Positions 25,689 through 37,040 of a stretch of DNA of 64,000 nucleotides are shown here, one piece after another. Numbering within the stretch: position 1 is the stretch's first letter; every line of letters starts with the position of its first letter. This stretch comes from Sphyrna mokarran. Lineage: Eukaryota. Under the pieces are notes generated by a model. It did not search any database. It was not told where the DNA came from and saw nothing but the letters and a program-made list of their open reading frames with translations. The position numbers and the translations under genes were made by a program. Where the stretch lies: NCBI GenBank assembly GCA_024679065.1, contig JAGIQG010000001.1:110298001-110362000 (forward strand), written 5' to 3'.

Positions 25689-25885
25689 TCCAATAGCAAG
25701 AGACCACAGTCCAGCTGCAAGGGACCACATTCCAGCAGCAAGGGACCACATTCCAGCAGCAAGGGACCACATTCCAGCTGCAAGGGACCATGCTCCAGCT
25801 GTAAGGGACCACGCTCCAGCTGTAAGGGACCACACTCCAACTTCAGAGATGATACTCCAGTTGCAAGGAACTACATTCCTGCTGC
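25689..25885. repeat. 21-bp minisatellite, ~9 copies (TCCAGCWGCAAGGGACCACAT)
   Basis: Units start at 25689, 25710, 25731, 25752, 25773, 25794, 25815, 25836 (degenerate) and 25856. Confidence 0.97.
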
Positions 25886-27229
25886 TCACACCTTCAGTGA
25901 CCTTCAGCCATGCCGATTTGACTTAGACAGTTGAAGTCTTCCTCTTTTCTGTGGGAAACAACATTTCTCCTCTGACCCTTGCCACCTCCCACGTTGTCTC
26001 CATGGATGAATCAAACATATGAGCAAGGGGGGGGGGGCAGCTTCCCATGTCTTCCTGTTATAATTTCTTCTTTTTCTGCCTTCACAGATAAAACAGAATG
26101 CAGCTGTTTTGTGACCTTCTGTGGTGGATGTCCTTTTATATACAGGGTCTTTTTTTGGCTGGTGAAGGTTGCCATCATTCTTGCACTGTGTCATTGGTTG
26201 AGAAGGCCAGGGACAGAATGTTAATGCTGTGGCTGATTTGAACAACTATGGCTAAGTCCATTCCTGAAACAAACAGGTTTCTGACTCATTACCACAGGTC
26301 CTTCCCACATATGCGTTGGTTATAATAAAACTGCACCCTTGATGTATGTATATATGAAGAGTCACTTATCAGGGAATAGGAACCTTGCCTAATTTCCATC
26401 CCCCTCATTAGCTCTGAGACATTAAAGTGAATTGGAGCATTCTTACCTATCCAGGAGCAAGTTCTGCTCAATTAAGGTGACTTAACATGGCAACTTCCTG
26501 GCTATTTAACTTATCAGTCATTGCACCCATCAACTGATACATCCTCAAAGGATATTCTGAAATGGTAGAAATGCTTTTCGTTCTGGTGTTTATACAAAGA
26601 AATAACAGCATTTGTTGAACTAGTACACAGGGCAGTTTCCATTGCAATGTATTTTTGGAAGTTAATGAGTTATACAAAAAGAAGGTCATTTGTCAACTGA
26701 ATCAACAACTTATATTTTTATAGTCTCAGACGTAGGGAGCTTGTGAACCTTCTGAAATTGAGAGTCATTAGTTTTCTTCTAAAAACATACATAATTCTAG
26801 CAAAAAAATTTTCATTGTTTTAATATAAATAATGTATCTAATAACACAGGAAAGTGTGAAAGGGAAGAAAATCTTCAAGAGGCTTCACCACATATTGTAT
26901 CTTTTGAATGGAAGGATTCTTTTAAAACTTTAATACATATACTGATCTTCTCTCAGAACAGGTTACTTTGAAATTCAGAGCAGAACTTAATGAGCCCCAG
27001 AGAGGTGGCTTTGGAGAAGGGGAATACAGAGAATATTTTTGCAAGTTGGATACTTGCTGATGTGTCCCTGCATCCAAGTACTTTTGCTGGAGCTGTGATC
27101 TAGGCAACAAAGACTACTGACTAAGCAGTAGTCAATTTAGCACAATTAAATTGCAATTATTAAGGTGGACATGACTGAGATAGATCTTCCAAACAGCGTG
27201 TGAGCCCTACATTGTATCAGTAACTCAGC

Positions 27230-27810
27230 AGGCTCTGTTGAAGCAATTCAACAGCAGGAAGACATTGTTTAGAAAAATTGCTATCCTATCAGTGTTATAA
27301 AAAGGGAAGTTGCCATCAGGCATTGGTGAGGATCCCAAGTGGTGGGCACTCAGTATGGGAGTATTCTTCTTTTCCACTGGGGACCTGGCATGGAAAATGT
27401 TGCATACAGCAGTCCTGTGCAACCATAGGTTAAAATGGTTCACACGCTCCTGTGTTTTCTATGCCCGGAAGAATCCATGTTTAAAAAGGTTGTCAGAGAT
27501 TGCAGCCCCTTTCTGATGATTTGAATCAAATTCTGGTTGCATCTGGTGCAGATGGTGCTGGGGTAGGAGGAGGACCTTCTTGTAAGCCTGCACCTGGATC
27601 TGCCAAGTTGTCCACTAACAGGTCCAGGTAGTGGGCAGTCGAGGGGATCATCAGCCAGACTATCTGCTCCTGTTTGTGGCTATGTTTGTGCCTGGCATCC
27701 TTGGGAAGGGAGCACATGGTGTCCATTGGCATGCTTAAGGCCTTTGGTGACTGGTGAGTAAAACAAGGGATTGGAGTGCATCATCAGCTCAGGAATATCA
27801 TTATAATTCG
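27230..27810 (+). mobile_element. Tx1-type (L1 clade) LINE, ORF2 C-terminal fragment
   Basis: PKWWAL..TGDLAWKMLHTAVLCN..C..QRLQPL..DLLVSL..AKLSTNRSR resembles the Tx1 C-terminal zinc-finger region (GDLxWRxLH..CPFC..CxRLxPLF). Confidence 0.7.
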
Positions 27811-28119
27811 ATTTGTTAATGTTTTAGTGACTCACGGGGGGCTCCTTTTCAGTTTATTTTTATTGACTCACTGGTTTATTCAAACAGCAAAAAGAGAGAG
27901 GTAGCTGAGGTGGTTCAATGTAGAAGCAGGGACTTGTGAGTGATGAAATGTCAGTCTAGTATATCTGATGTTGCAAGTCTTGTGGATGATAATTTAAGTG
28001 TGGCACCCAGATATGGCGCTCATTCTTTGATGCTGTTTCCTCTTAATCAACCTTCTCAATGGTTGGACCAGCTGATGCTTCACGGAAGTGGAACAGCACA
28101 GCTATTGAATTCCACAGAT

Positions 28120-28553
28120 GATTTGGCCAGGGGGCAGGAGGCAGAAGAAGGTGCAACCTCTATCAGAGGGCACATAGACAAAGGGTCAGCTATCGGTACC
28201 ACAAAAGGGTGATCACACACATCTGTACAATTTTGGATGAGAACCCTCAGGCTTCAAGAAGGAGATAGCCATCCAGTGCCTGCAATAGTGAAGGTCACAG
28301 TTGAATTTCTTTACATCCAGTTCCTTTAAGGCATTAGCTATGGGCATTTGTAAAATTTGCATTTGGCTGCCCCTAAATGTACATTGGATGTGACTGGCGC
28401 CAGTTGTAAGGGCATCTGGCTACATCAAATTTTCCAGAAATACAGCCAGTCAAGTTCAGCAGACTGTTTGATGTGCCTTAATGCCTGGATTCCCTCAGAT
28501 GCAAAGGGTGGTAAACTGTACTCATGTGGCCATTAAAATGCCAATGAATCAGG
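28120..28553 (+). mobile_element. PIF/Harbinger transposase remnant
   Basis: HPVPAIVKVTV..NFFTSSSF..ASGYIKF..MPGFPQMQRVVNCTHVAIKMP. Confidence 0.85.
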
Positions 28554-28554
28554 T

Positions 28555-28770
28555 AGGATATTTACCCAAAGGGTGGTTCGGGAGTGGAATGCCCTGCCTG
28601 CAGCAGTTGTGGATGCGCCAAGTTTGGTGGCGTTTAAGAGGTTAGTTGATAAGTATCTGGAAGAGAAGGGAATGGTTTAGTTTGGAGGGGCATTGCTTTT
28701 TATATTGGTCGGCGCAACATCGAAGGCCGAAGGGCCTGTTCTGTGCCATAGTGTTCTATGTTCTATTTAT
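28555..28770 (+). mobile_element. CR1 LINE 3' end
   Basis: FTQRVVREWNALPAAVVDAPSLVAFKRLVDKYL, then ggccgaagggcctgttctgtg and a (GTTCTAT)n tail. Confidence 0.9.
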
Positions 28771-29715
28771 GAATAAGGTTTCTATTCTCTTAACGTACAG
28801 CTCATTTGCAACCATCCCAAAAGATGACTATTTATGCCATGACTTCATTCATGTCTTTCATAAATGGCCATGATGTTAATATATTTTGTGGTCACAGAGT
28901 GGGCAAAAGTACACAAGTCTCAGCTATTTAAGGAAATAAAGACTAAACAAAATGAACACATTTGTCCTACAGGAAGTGAGTCTGGGAAATAAGTAATGGA
29001 AAATAAGGAGATGACAGATTAATTGAACAGGTATTGTGCATTGGTCTTATATTGTAATACTCTGCTGGAAGTAAGGAAATGTTTCTTTGTGGCAGAAAGG
29101 TAGTGTTGGGATAATGTATGCATACCATAATGTAAAGGCATTGGGCAAAGTAAAGGTTAAAGTGGGACTGAAAAAAAAACACCCACAATATGATATATTG
29201 AGTCACATGGTGAGATACTCAGAGCTAATACACTGGACTTCCACCTCTTGGTGAGTAGCTCCATGCATGACAGTAATCTGGGATCTGTAAATAGTTAAAG
29301 ACTAACAATAAAAGGTTCACGTTAACCTACAAGTCTCAAGATCGCATCTTTGAGCCATCTAAACAATCCTAATTACACCAACCTTCACTTTTTTGTTGGC
29401 AAACTGGTGGATGTTATTCCTATCTGCTCTCCCCCATCAAGCAGTGAAGGTAAGAATTACTCTTGCTGTATCTATGGTATATACTAATAACACTTCTGTA
29501 ATGTTTGCAATGAAAGCACATAGTTTACATGTCACCTTGTCATCTATGCTAAGGTACCATGGCCAGTAATTTCCCTATATCATTACTCTGGATTTCTGGC
29601 TCTGCAGTTGTTATGTTTGCGGATTCTGAACACACAAATGTATATTTCATAAACTTGGAATATTTATATCTTTCTTTTACAGTGTGAGCAGGGATGAACC
29701 ATATGAGATGACAAT

Positions 29716-29824
29716 GGCTGGAATGCCATGGAATAGTGCGGGTGAGGGTCCAACAACTGAAATCTCCATTGACCTCAGGCGGGAATATCTGGTCTCGGCT
29801 GAGCAAAGCCATAAAATCTTGGAC
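29716..29824. mobile_element. ~110-bp MITE (family A)
   Basis: ggctggaat..ccattgacctcaggcgggaatatctggtctcgg..aaaatcttggac; flanks aat / cat. Confidence 0.7.
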
Positions 29825-31074
29825 CATGTGTTATGCCATATGTATTATTGTATCAATGCCCTCTGTGGTACACACTTAGAACCAAAATTGTCATGCAGCT
29901 ACACTAAACTGATTCTTTTAAATTTAGAAATGAATGCCTCAGAATCGGTCTGCACTGATCTGGTTTGAGATAAAGTCACGTTGCAATGAAAAATAGTGCT
30001 TAAACCATTTTCAGAGCTATTTCATTGGTCTTGTCTCAAAATGGCAGACAGCTTTTCTATAAAAATGATAGCAAATGAATCTTAGCCTCATAGGATTCTG
30101 TGTAAAGTGATTGTTAAAATACAGGAAAATTATTTTAAATGAGTCCTTGTCCTTTTCTTGGAATTAAGTCTTTAACAAAACCAAATTAATATCATGGTAC
30201 TGGAAAACATTGCTTATAGTTTGTAGGGACTTGAAGAAGAGTCAGTAGTAAAGTTTACCCTGTAGCACTGTCCAATTACCCTCAGAGGATACTAATACTG
30301 CCAGCTCATATAAAATTAATAAATCGCAGCTCGACAATTGTTTTTATTTAATAGTAAGCCTGAGAGAATGTTTGGCAATAAAGATATTGTTACTGGCATA
30401 GGTATAGGAAAACAATTTGTAAAAAGGTTAACCAAGGTTAAAAGACAGTGTTACAACAATCTATACTTTTCTGATTAAGCATAATCTGCCAAAAATGCCT
30501 TTGCAAGTGGGAAACAGAGCAACTGATCTCAGTTTGAATCTGATGAAAATGTAAATATTGGACAAAATGGAGCATGTGCCTCTAGGGAATTCCTCCAATT
30601 TTCCTTCATTTACTCCATCAGGTGATCCATAAAGATGCCAGCTAGGAAAATCTGTCCTTTGGGGGTTGTATTTCTTCCAAGTCACCCAAGAAGATCAAGA
30701 TGAGACTTCAGCCCACACTACAAATTTGCCACGATGTTGATTCACTTTCTTCCCTGGGGCTTGTTCAACATGCAAGACATGTTCCAACCAGGACCTCTGC
30801 CACTTGGTGGGACCTTCTAACACTGAAGAGGGAAACGTGCCCAGTGCTGTAGTGGTGCATGCCAGCACAGCACAGAAAGCTGCAGTTAAGTGTGAAGAAG
30901 ATTAATTAAAAAGAGATATTCAGTATTCTGCATGTGTTACAGTACCTCTAAATATAGATATTGGGGGTCAAAAGAGATGGGATGAAACCTCACACATGTC
31001 AGAAATGGACATACACAATCAACATGGCCTTTCCCATGACCTTCCAGGTCATTCCCAAAGGGTGTAGTGGGGCA

Positions 31075-31915
31075 GCAGGTGGCAACTTTTGTTACAGTTG
31101 GCACTAGTGACAATGCTTGACTGGCTTTTCAAGATCTTGACATTGAAGATTATTGATATTCCTTCCTTCTCAATTTGTGAATATCATCTTTCAACCACTG
31201 AGAGGATTCTTGACACAAAACCTATTGGCCCTTTAGAGCTGCCTTCCACTTCTTGGAACAATACAGCTCCAACGCCATATGGAGAGGGTGACAGGTCAAT
31301 ATTAGGTATTTAGATGAGTCCAAGTGTGCTCACAGAGTTGAGGAACACAGCAATTGCTTTACTATAATGAAAGCCTCCTCCTGGGGAGCCTTCCAAGACA
31401 AACAATGGTGTTTCTTTAGCAAAGAATGCAAGAGGCTAATACATTCAATAAGCTGGGTAAATATTATCCACAGTAGTTTACTGTTCCCAAAACGATTTGG
31501 TCATTTTTATGGGGGGAGAACTTCCTTTATTGCCCTGTCCTTTTCTTCCACGGGGTGTTATCCTTGTGTACCTACATGATGCCCCAAGAAAGTCACCTCA
31601 ATGGTTTGAAGGTAGACTCCAGCCTCCTCAAACCTCTTCAACACCACTCCTAATTTTGCTAGACGCCCAGCCTCTGTTGATCCAGTCATAAGGACATTGT
31701 GAAGATATACAACAACCTGTGGTGGTCCCTTTAGTTGTCTCTGCATTGTCCTTTGAAATATTGTGCATGCCAAAGGCATGCCAAAAGACAGGCACATACG
31801 CTAGAATAAGCATCTAGATATGTTTATTGTGACATACCTTCAGGAAGTGTTATCTAATTTGGTTACAGGTAGGTGTTACTCATATCCAGCTTTGTGTAAG
31901 GTTGACCTTCTGCTA
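31075..31915 (-). mobile_element. Gypsy/Ty3 pol fragment (RT and RNase H)
   Basis: LSFGMPLACTIFQRTM..VVVYLHNVLMTG (YLDD)..EVTFLGH; SPYGVGAVL..PIGFVSRIL..YSQIEKEG. Confidence 0.9.
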
Positions 31916-32600
31916 ACTTTGATAAAGGTCTTTAATTCTCATGTACTGAGTAATGGTCATGTGGTCTGAATAGCCAATCAATACCTAGAACAGGGATTCT
32001 CTCTAGGGGGAAGAGATTTCCTAATTAGAAAAAATATATAATGGAGTAATTTGAAGGATGTAGGTGATGAAGCTACTTTGTAAAGAAAGCTTGTTCAACT
32101 TAAGTAGCCTCTGGGAGTACATCTTTGCACATTGCTTAGACCTGCACCTCTATTCCAGGGTGAAGGGTGTTTCCTTTCCACACCTCCCCACCGCTCCTCC
32201 ACCCAGCCCATGTCCTCCAAATGATCCTGAATATCAGGGGTAGAGTGAATAAAAAGTAAAAATAATTGGATTGGCTATGTGGCTCCAGCTTTCTGCCAAA
32301 ATGTACATGTGATGGGTCAGTCATTTACAACCTAAGGCACTCCCTGCTGAGGTGGGAGCCAGGTAATTTTAGCATGGGATGGAGACAATGCAATACACTT
32401 CTCTGTCCGATTTTTTTCCCACTGTTTCTGCTGCTATACTTTCCAGATTTGAGGGATATAACAAAAGGAAGCACAACTTTCACCGTTAACAGTACATAGC
32501 CTGCTGCAGCTATATCCTAGACTATTATAATTTAGTGTTAAAAAGCACATTAATGGAAACATTACTTTCTCTTATTTTGCAGTAGCAAAAGTATCTTATT

Positions 32601-33914
32601 GGACCCAATTTTACCATTGCATTGTACCTGTTTCTGGGCACAAAAATATGATAAAGTGAGGCCATCATCAATGCGATCTGCGCCCGCATCCACGTAGATG
32701 GCCATTTTACTGAGGACTGGGAATGGCCACGATCTGATTCATATCTGAAATAGGTGCAATGGTGATTTAAATGAATTTGCATGCATTTCAATTGAGTCAA
32801 TGAATTGCCTGCCCAACTTTATCAGTCAGAGGGCCAGATCATTCTCTGGTGGGAGTGGTGGGGGGAGGAGGAGGCGGATCAGATGTATCCTATGTTGGGG
32901 GGGGGGGAGGGGGGACGGAGGCCAGATCATTGTCTGGTGTGGGTGGGGGGGGGGGGGGGGGGGGGTTGGTAGGAGGGAGGCCAGATCATTGTCTGGTTTG
33001 GGGGGAGGCCCGATCTTTCTCACGGGGAGGGGGAGAATTAATTCTACCTCATTACATTTCTAATTCAGATCATTCCTGTTATAGATGCCATTTAGATTAT
33101 ATTTCACTTGCCATGAATGTTGTTTCTTTCCCCCCAATACCAGCAAGTTCAGAGAAAGTAGAAATGGTCTTATTACCATTTCCCAAATTATTTTCTAAAT
33201 TTGGAAATGCAACTCCTAGAATTTATTGCAAGTTGGCTGTTGTTAAAAACAATTGCAAAGGTTGTTGAATCAAACAACGGCTATTTGTATATACATCAAT
33301 ACATTTCATTACACAGCTTCAATAAAGGCCTGGATATGTACCTGGGTGTATTTTGCAAATACGGGAAGCAGAGAGAAGGGATTCCACAGCTATAGTAGTG
33401 CATGTGCATTTAATGAGTGAAACTGTCAAAGTACCCGGCTGCGAGTATGTGAAATATACTGGGAAGGAGGCCAGATGGATTTTTGGTTTGGGGAGATGGG
33501 TAGGAACAGGGGCAGGGGCAGAGAGTGTCCGCTGCTACTCTAAAGGTGATCAGTGGGGGGAAAGGGCGCAGGGGGTAATGATCAGTCTAGATAGTGGGGG
33601 GGGCGGGGGTGGGTGGATAAGGGGGAAAATTATGTTGTAGCGAAGGGGGTGATGTCTGCAGGGACCATTGCTCCCACTTTTCGTCCCGAGCCGCTTTATC
33701 CATTTTTTGCACGATTTTTAATTTTTTTCCTAACTGCACTTGCGCAGTTCAGAGCTCCAGTTGTTTCGGGTGTCCCACCCACAGCACAATTCAGAACTGC
33801 AATTTTTTTTTTTCAGGTTAAGTATGTATTGGGATGCCTGAAAGTGGATTTCCAAGTCAGATCTGAATTGCGCCCAGATTCAGCATTTAGAGTGAAAATG
33901 GTAAAATCAGGCTC
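32601..33914. mobile_element. Complete non-autonomous Harbinger-type element (family C) with TIRs and 3-bp TSD
   Basis: Left TIR GGACCCAATTTTACCATT, right TIR (reverse complement) GAGCCTGATTTTACCATT; ATT on both flanks (32598-32600 and 33915-33917). Confidence 0.85.
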
Positions 33915-34000
33915 ATTGATTTCAATTCTAAATCCTGTCTGAGTTTTGAACATTTCCACAGCTCATCTGATTATTTTTCAATCATTGCTACCTTTCAAGT

Positions 34001-34183
34001 TCAAAAATGTGCATGTTAGATGGATTGGCCATGATAAATTGCCCCCTTAGTGTCAGGGGACCAGCTAGAATAAATGTATGGAGTCATGAGAATAGGGCTT
34101 TGGTGGGATTGTGGTTGGTGAAGACTCAATGGACTGAATGGCCTCCTTTTGCACTGTAGGGATTCTAATGATTCTATTCTATA
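34001..34183 (+). mobile_element. HE1-like V-SINE, 3' half
   Basis: ggattggccatgataaattgcccc..gcactgtagggattctaatgattcta. Confidence 0.85.
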
Positions 34184-34711
34184 ATTCGTGTCTGGGTGAT
34201 TCACTGTTGCAATCATTCACGCCATCAGAAAATGAATTTCAAAGTGTCTATTACAGGAGCTACTGTTGACAGTCAAATTTAATTGGCTTCTACAATTGGT
34301 ACAGACTTGTAAAGGCCTTTGCTTCAACAATAAAACTACCAGCTTTAATAACATTTATCGGTCTCTAGAAATATAATTGGCAAAGGCATAAAGAATCATG
34401 TGTGGATCCCTCTGGGCCAGAAAAGTGCTTGTATAAGAGCCAAATATTTTCTTCAAAGTAATTGTGTTAGAAAAAGTCAGATAGACCTTTAGTATCTTAA
34501 GGTGTCAATTAAATTTTTGGCTACAGAAAGACTGGAAATTAAAACAATGATGTTGCAAATATAGTACTGGTAGTATCCTGAGAATTCACTGCAATAAATT
34601 AAACATAATTGAATAGATTCATTGTCTATAAATAACTACAAGCTTGAATTTCCATCATTCTGCAAAAAAGTATAGCAAGATGTCTCAGGACACCACGTTA
34701 AATTGCTCCTT

Positions 34712-34823
34712 GGATCAGGGCTCTGAGAGCTTGTGATTCCAAATAAACCTGTTGGACTTTAACCTGGTGTTGTGAGACTTCTTATTGTTCCCACCCCAGT
34801 CTAACATTGGCATCTCCACTTCA
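34712..34823 (+). mobile_element. Solo Penelope pLTR fragment
   Basis: ccaaataaacctgttggactttaacctggtgttgtgagacttctta matches the 3' end of the Penelope at 4871-4917. Confidence 0.85.
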
Positions 34824-35011
34824 CACAAAAAAAATTGTTTTATATTGATTTATTTGAATGGTTTTGAGCCAGGCTTATGTAAAGAAAGCTTTCTTTATTT
34901 CAATTGTTTACTGTTGCAGGCTGAGGGAAATATACACAATTCAGGTGGCCATCATGGCAGATATCATTGCAGCAATAAGAGAACAAGTGGCAATAACAAA
35001 ATACATTGACA

Positions 35012-35628
35012 AAAGCAAAGTGCTGTGAATGCTTGGAATCTGAAATTTAAGAACAAGAGAAAGCTGGTTGGTCTGGCAGTATCTGGCAGCATCATGCTGC
35101 GGTTTACATTGGCGGGATTGTACACTCTCACCAAGGGTGCATCCCATGCTGTGGGTTTTACCAGTGACGTGCATTCAATGGGAAATCCTGTTAAAAATGG
35201 CAGAACCATAACATCCCTCCACTAGCAAGTGAAGCGCCATCTCCTACAACCTATGAAGCACGCCACGAAGGGAGAGGAAAACTTCACCCCTGACTGCACT
35301 GAATGATAGAGGAGGCTTGGGGGACCAAATGGCCAGCTCTTGCTCGTGGTGAATGTGCGGAACTCACTAATGCAGAAGTAGTTGAGGTCAGAATGTTGCC
35401 TGATTTCAAGAAGGTTTCAGATATAGACCTTGCTAAAGGGATCATGAGATATTGGTGGGGGGGGGGGATAAGTGAGAAATCAGGATATTGATTTTGATGA
35501 TCAGCCATGATCATAATGAATGGTGAAGCTCCTGTTTTTATTTTCAATGTTTCTAATCTCCTGCTCCTATTTCTTATGATCTTAAACTGAGTTAACATTT
35601 CAGTTCAATGATCTTTCATCGGAACTCA
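35012..35628. mobile_element. Penelope-type terminal repeat (second family) split by nested insertions; degenerate hammerhead at 35588-35628 (-)
   Basis: 35012-35093 matches the start of the 59054 element. Minus-strand 35588-35628 reads tgagtt-CCGATGA-aagatcattgaact-GAAA-tg-TT-aactca, with a perfect 6-bp stem I. Confidence 0.6.
35291..35583 (+). mobile_element. CR1 3'-end fragments
   Basis: gtggtgaatgtgcggaactcact (VVNxWNSL), gatcagccatgatcataatgaatgg, and a ctcctgctcctatttcttatgatctt tail. Confidence 0.75.
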
Positions 35629-35714
35629 CCTTAGTGTTTGCTTGTCTTAATTCATTTGATTCTATGGAATGATGGGTATAGAATATTAGTTGGTTGCACT
35701 GCAATTCAGCACAA

Positions 35715-36945
35715 GCAGATTTTTACAGCATAGAAAGAGGCCCTTTGGACAATCGTGTCCATCTGGCCATCAAGCACCTATCTATTCTAATCCCTTTCTA
35801 GCCATGTGTGTTATATTTTATGAGGTGTCTTTCTTTGTGTATGGGAATGATAATTACTTTTCCTTCAAATGTTCATTGAAGTGCTTCTTGAAATGGTGTA
35901 AGAGTTACTGCCACTACCACCCTTTCTGGCAGTGAGGTCCAGATGGGTGAAAATATTTTTCTCACACCTATAAACATCTGCCCCTTAACTTAAATCTATA
36001 GCTCCTGGTCATTGACCCCTCTGCTGAGGGGAAAAATTCCTTCCAATCTACCCCATCTATGGCCCTTATAATTTTATGCACCTCAATCAAGTTCCCCCTC
36101 AGACTTCTCTGCTCCAAGGAAAATGACCACAACCTCGCCAATCACTCTTGATAGCTGATAGACTCCAGCCCAGGCAACATCCTGGTGAATCTTCTCTGCA
36201 ACTTCTCTATGCAATCACTTCCTTCCTATAGTGTGATGGCCAGAACTGCACACAATATTCCAGCTGTGGCCTAACCAGCATTTTTTACAGCTCCATTATA
36301 ACCTTCCTGCTCTTGAATTCAAAGCTTTGGTTAATAAAGGCAAGTATTCCATATGCTTTCTTAACATTCTTATCTATTTGCCCTGATGTCTTCAGAGATC
36401 TGTGGACTTGTACAGCAAGGTTCCTATGATCCTCTGCTTATGGTCCAATTATTCATTGTATACTCTCTTGTCTTGTTAGTCCTTCCAAAATGCATTACCT
36501 CGTACTTTTAAATTTCATTTGCCATTGTTCTGCCCATCTAACCAGTCCATCTATTTTCTCTGTAATCTGAGGCTTTACTATTCCCTATTTACCATATCAC
36601 TAATTTTTGTATCATCTACAAACTTGTAACTCCTACAATCACATCCATGTCATTAATGTACACTATCCTTCACCGATCCCTGCGGTACATCACTGGACAG
36701 AGGCTTCTAATCACTAAAGCAACTTCAAACATCACCCTCTGCTTCTTACCCATCACTAAGCTAATTTTGGATCCAGTTTGCCAAATTGCCCTGGTCCCCA
36801 TAGGCTCTTAGCTTCTCCATCAGCCTCCCATGCGAACCTTGTCAAAAACCTTACTGAAATTCATGGAGACTACATCATCTGCTTTACCCTCATCTGCACT
36901 AGTCACCTCCTTGAAAAATTCAAGCAAATTTGTAAGACATGATCT
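35715..36945 (-). mobile_element. CR1 LINE, RT to 3' end, decayed
   Basis: Reverse strand encodes LLEFFKEVT..DVVSMNFSKVFDKV, VPQGSV, KFVDDTKI and LVRPQLEYCVQFWP; 3' UTR at ~35715-35800. Confidence 0.92.
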
Positions 36946-37040
36946 ACATGCTCAGGAAATGTTCTTCGTTGTAAACATTTTTTTTCTCTATTTTATGAGG
37001 TGTCTTTCTTTGTGTATGGGAATGATAATTACTTTTCCTT
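35814..37040 (+). repeat. Exact 52-bp direct repeat (35814-35865 and 36989-37040)
   Basis: tattttatgaggtgtctttctttgtgtatgggaatgataattacttttcctt is identical at both positions. Confidence 0.97.

Noticed and set aside
25484-25934. Repeat-protein ORFs or a CRISPR-like array
   Set aside because: Contiguous 21-bp tandem units with no spacers; the ORFs are a by-product of a nearly stop-free unit.
29683-29968. Apparent exon (tttcttttacag acceptor, GGgtgag donor; ORF SRDEPYEMTMAGMPWNSA)
   Set aside because: The donor and most of the ORF lie in a family-A MITE (29716-29824); the peptide resembles nothing I recognise.
35814-37040. 52-bp repeat as the CR1 target-site duplication
   Set aside because: One copy is internal to the CR1, it is too long, and it is identical while the CR1 is highly diverged.
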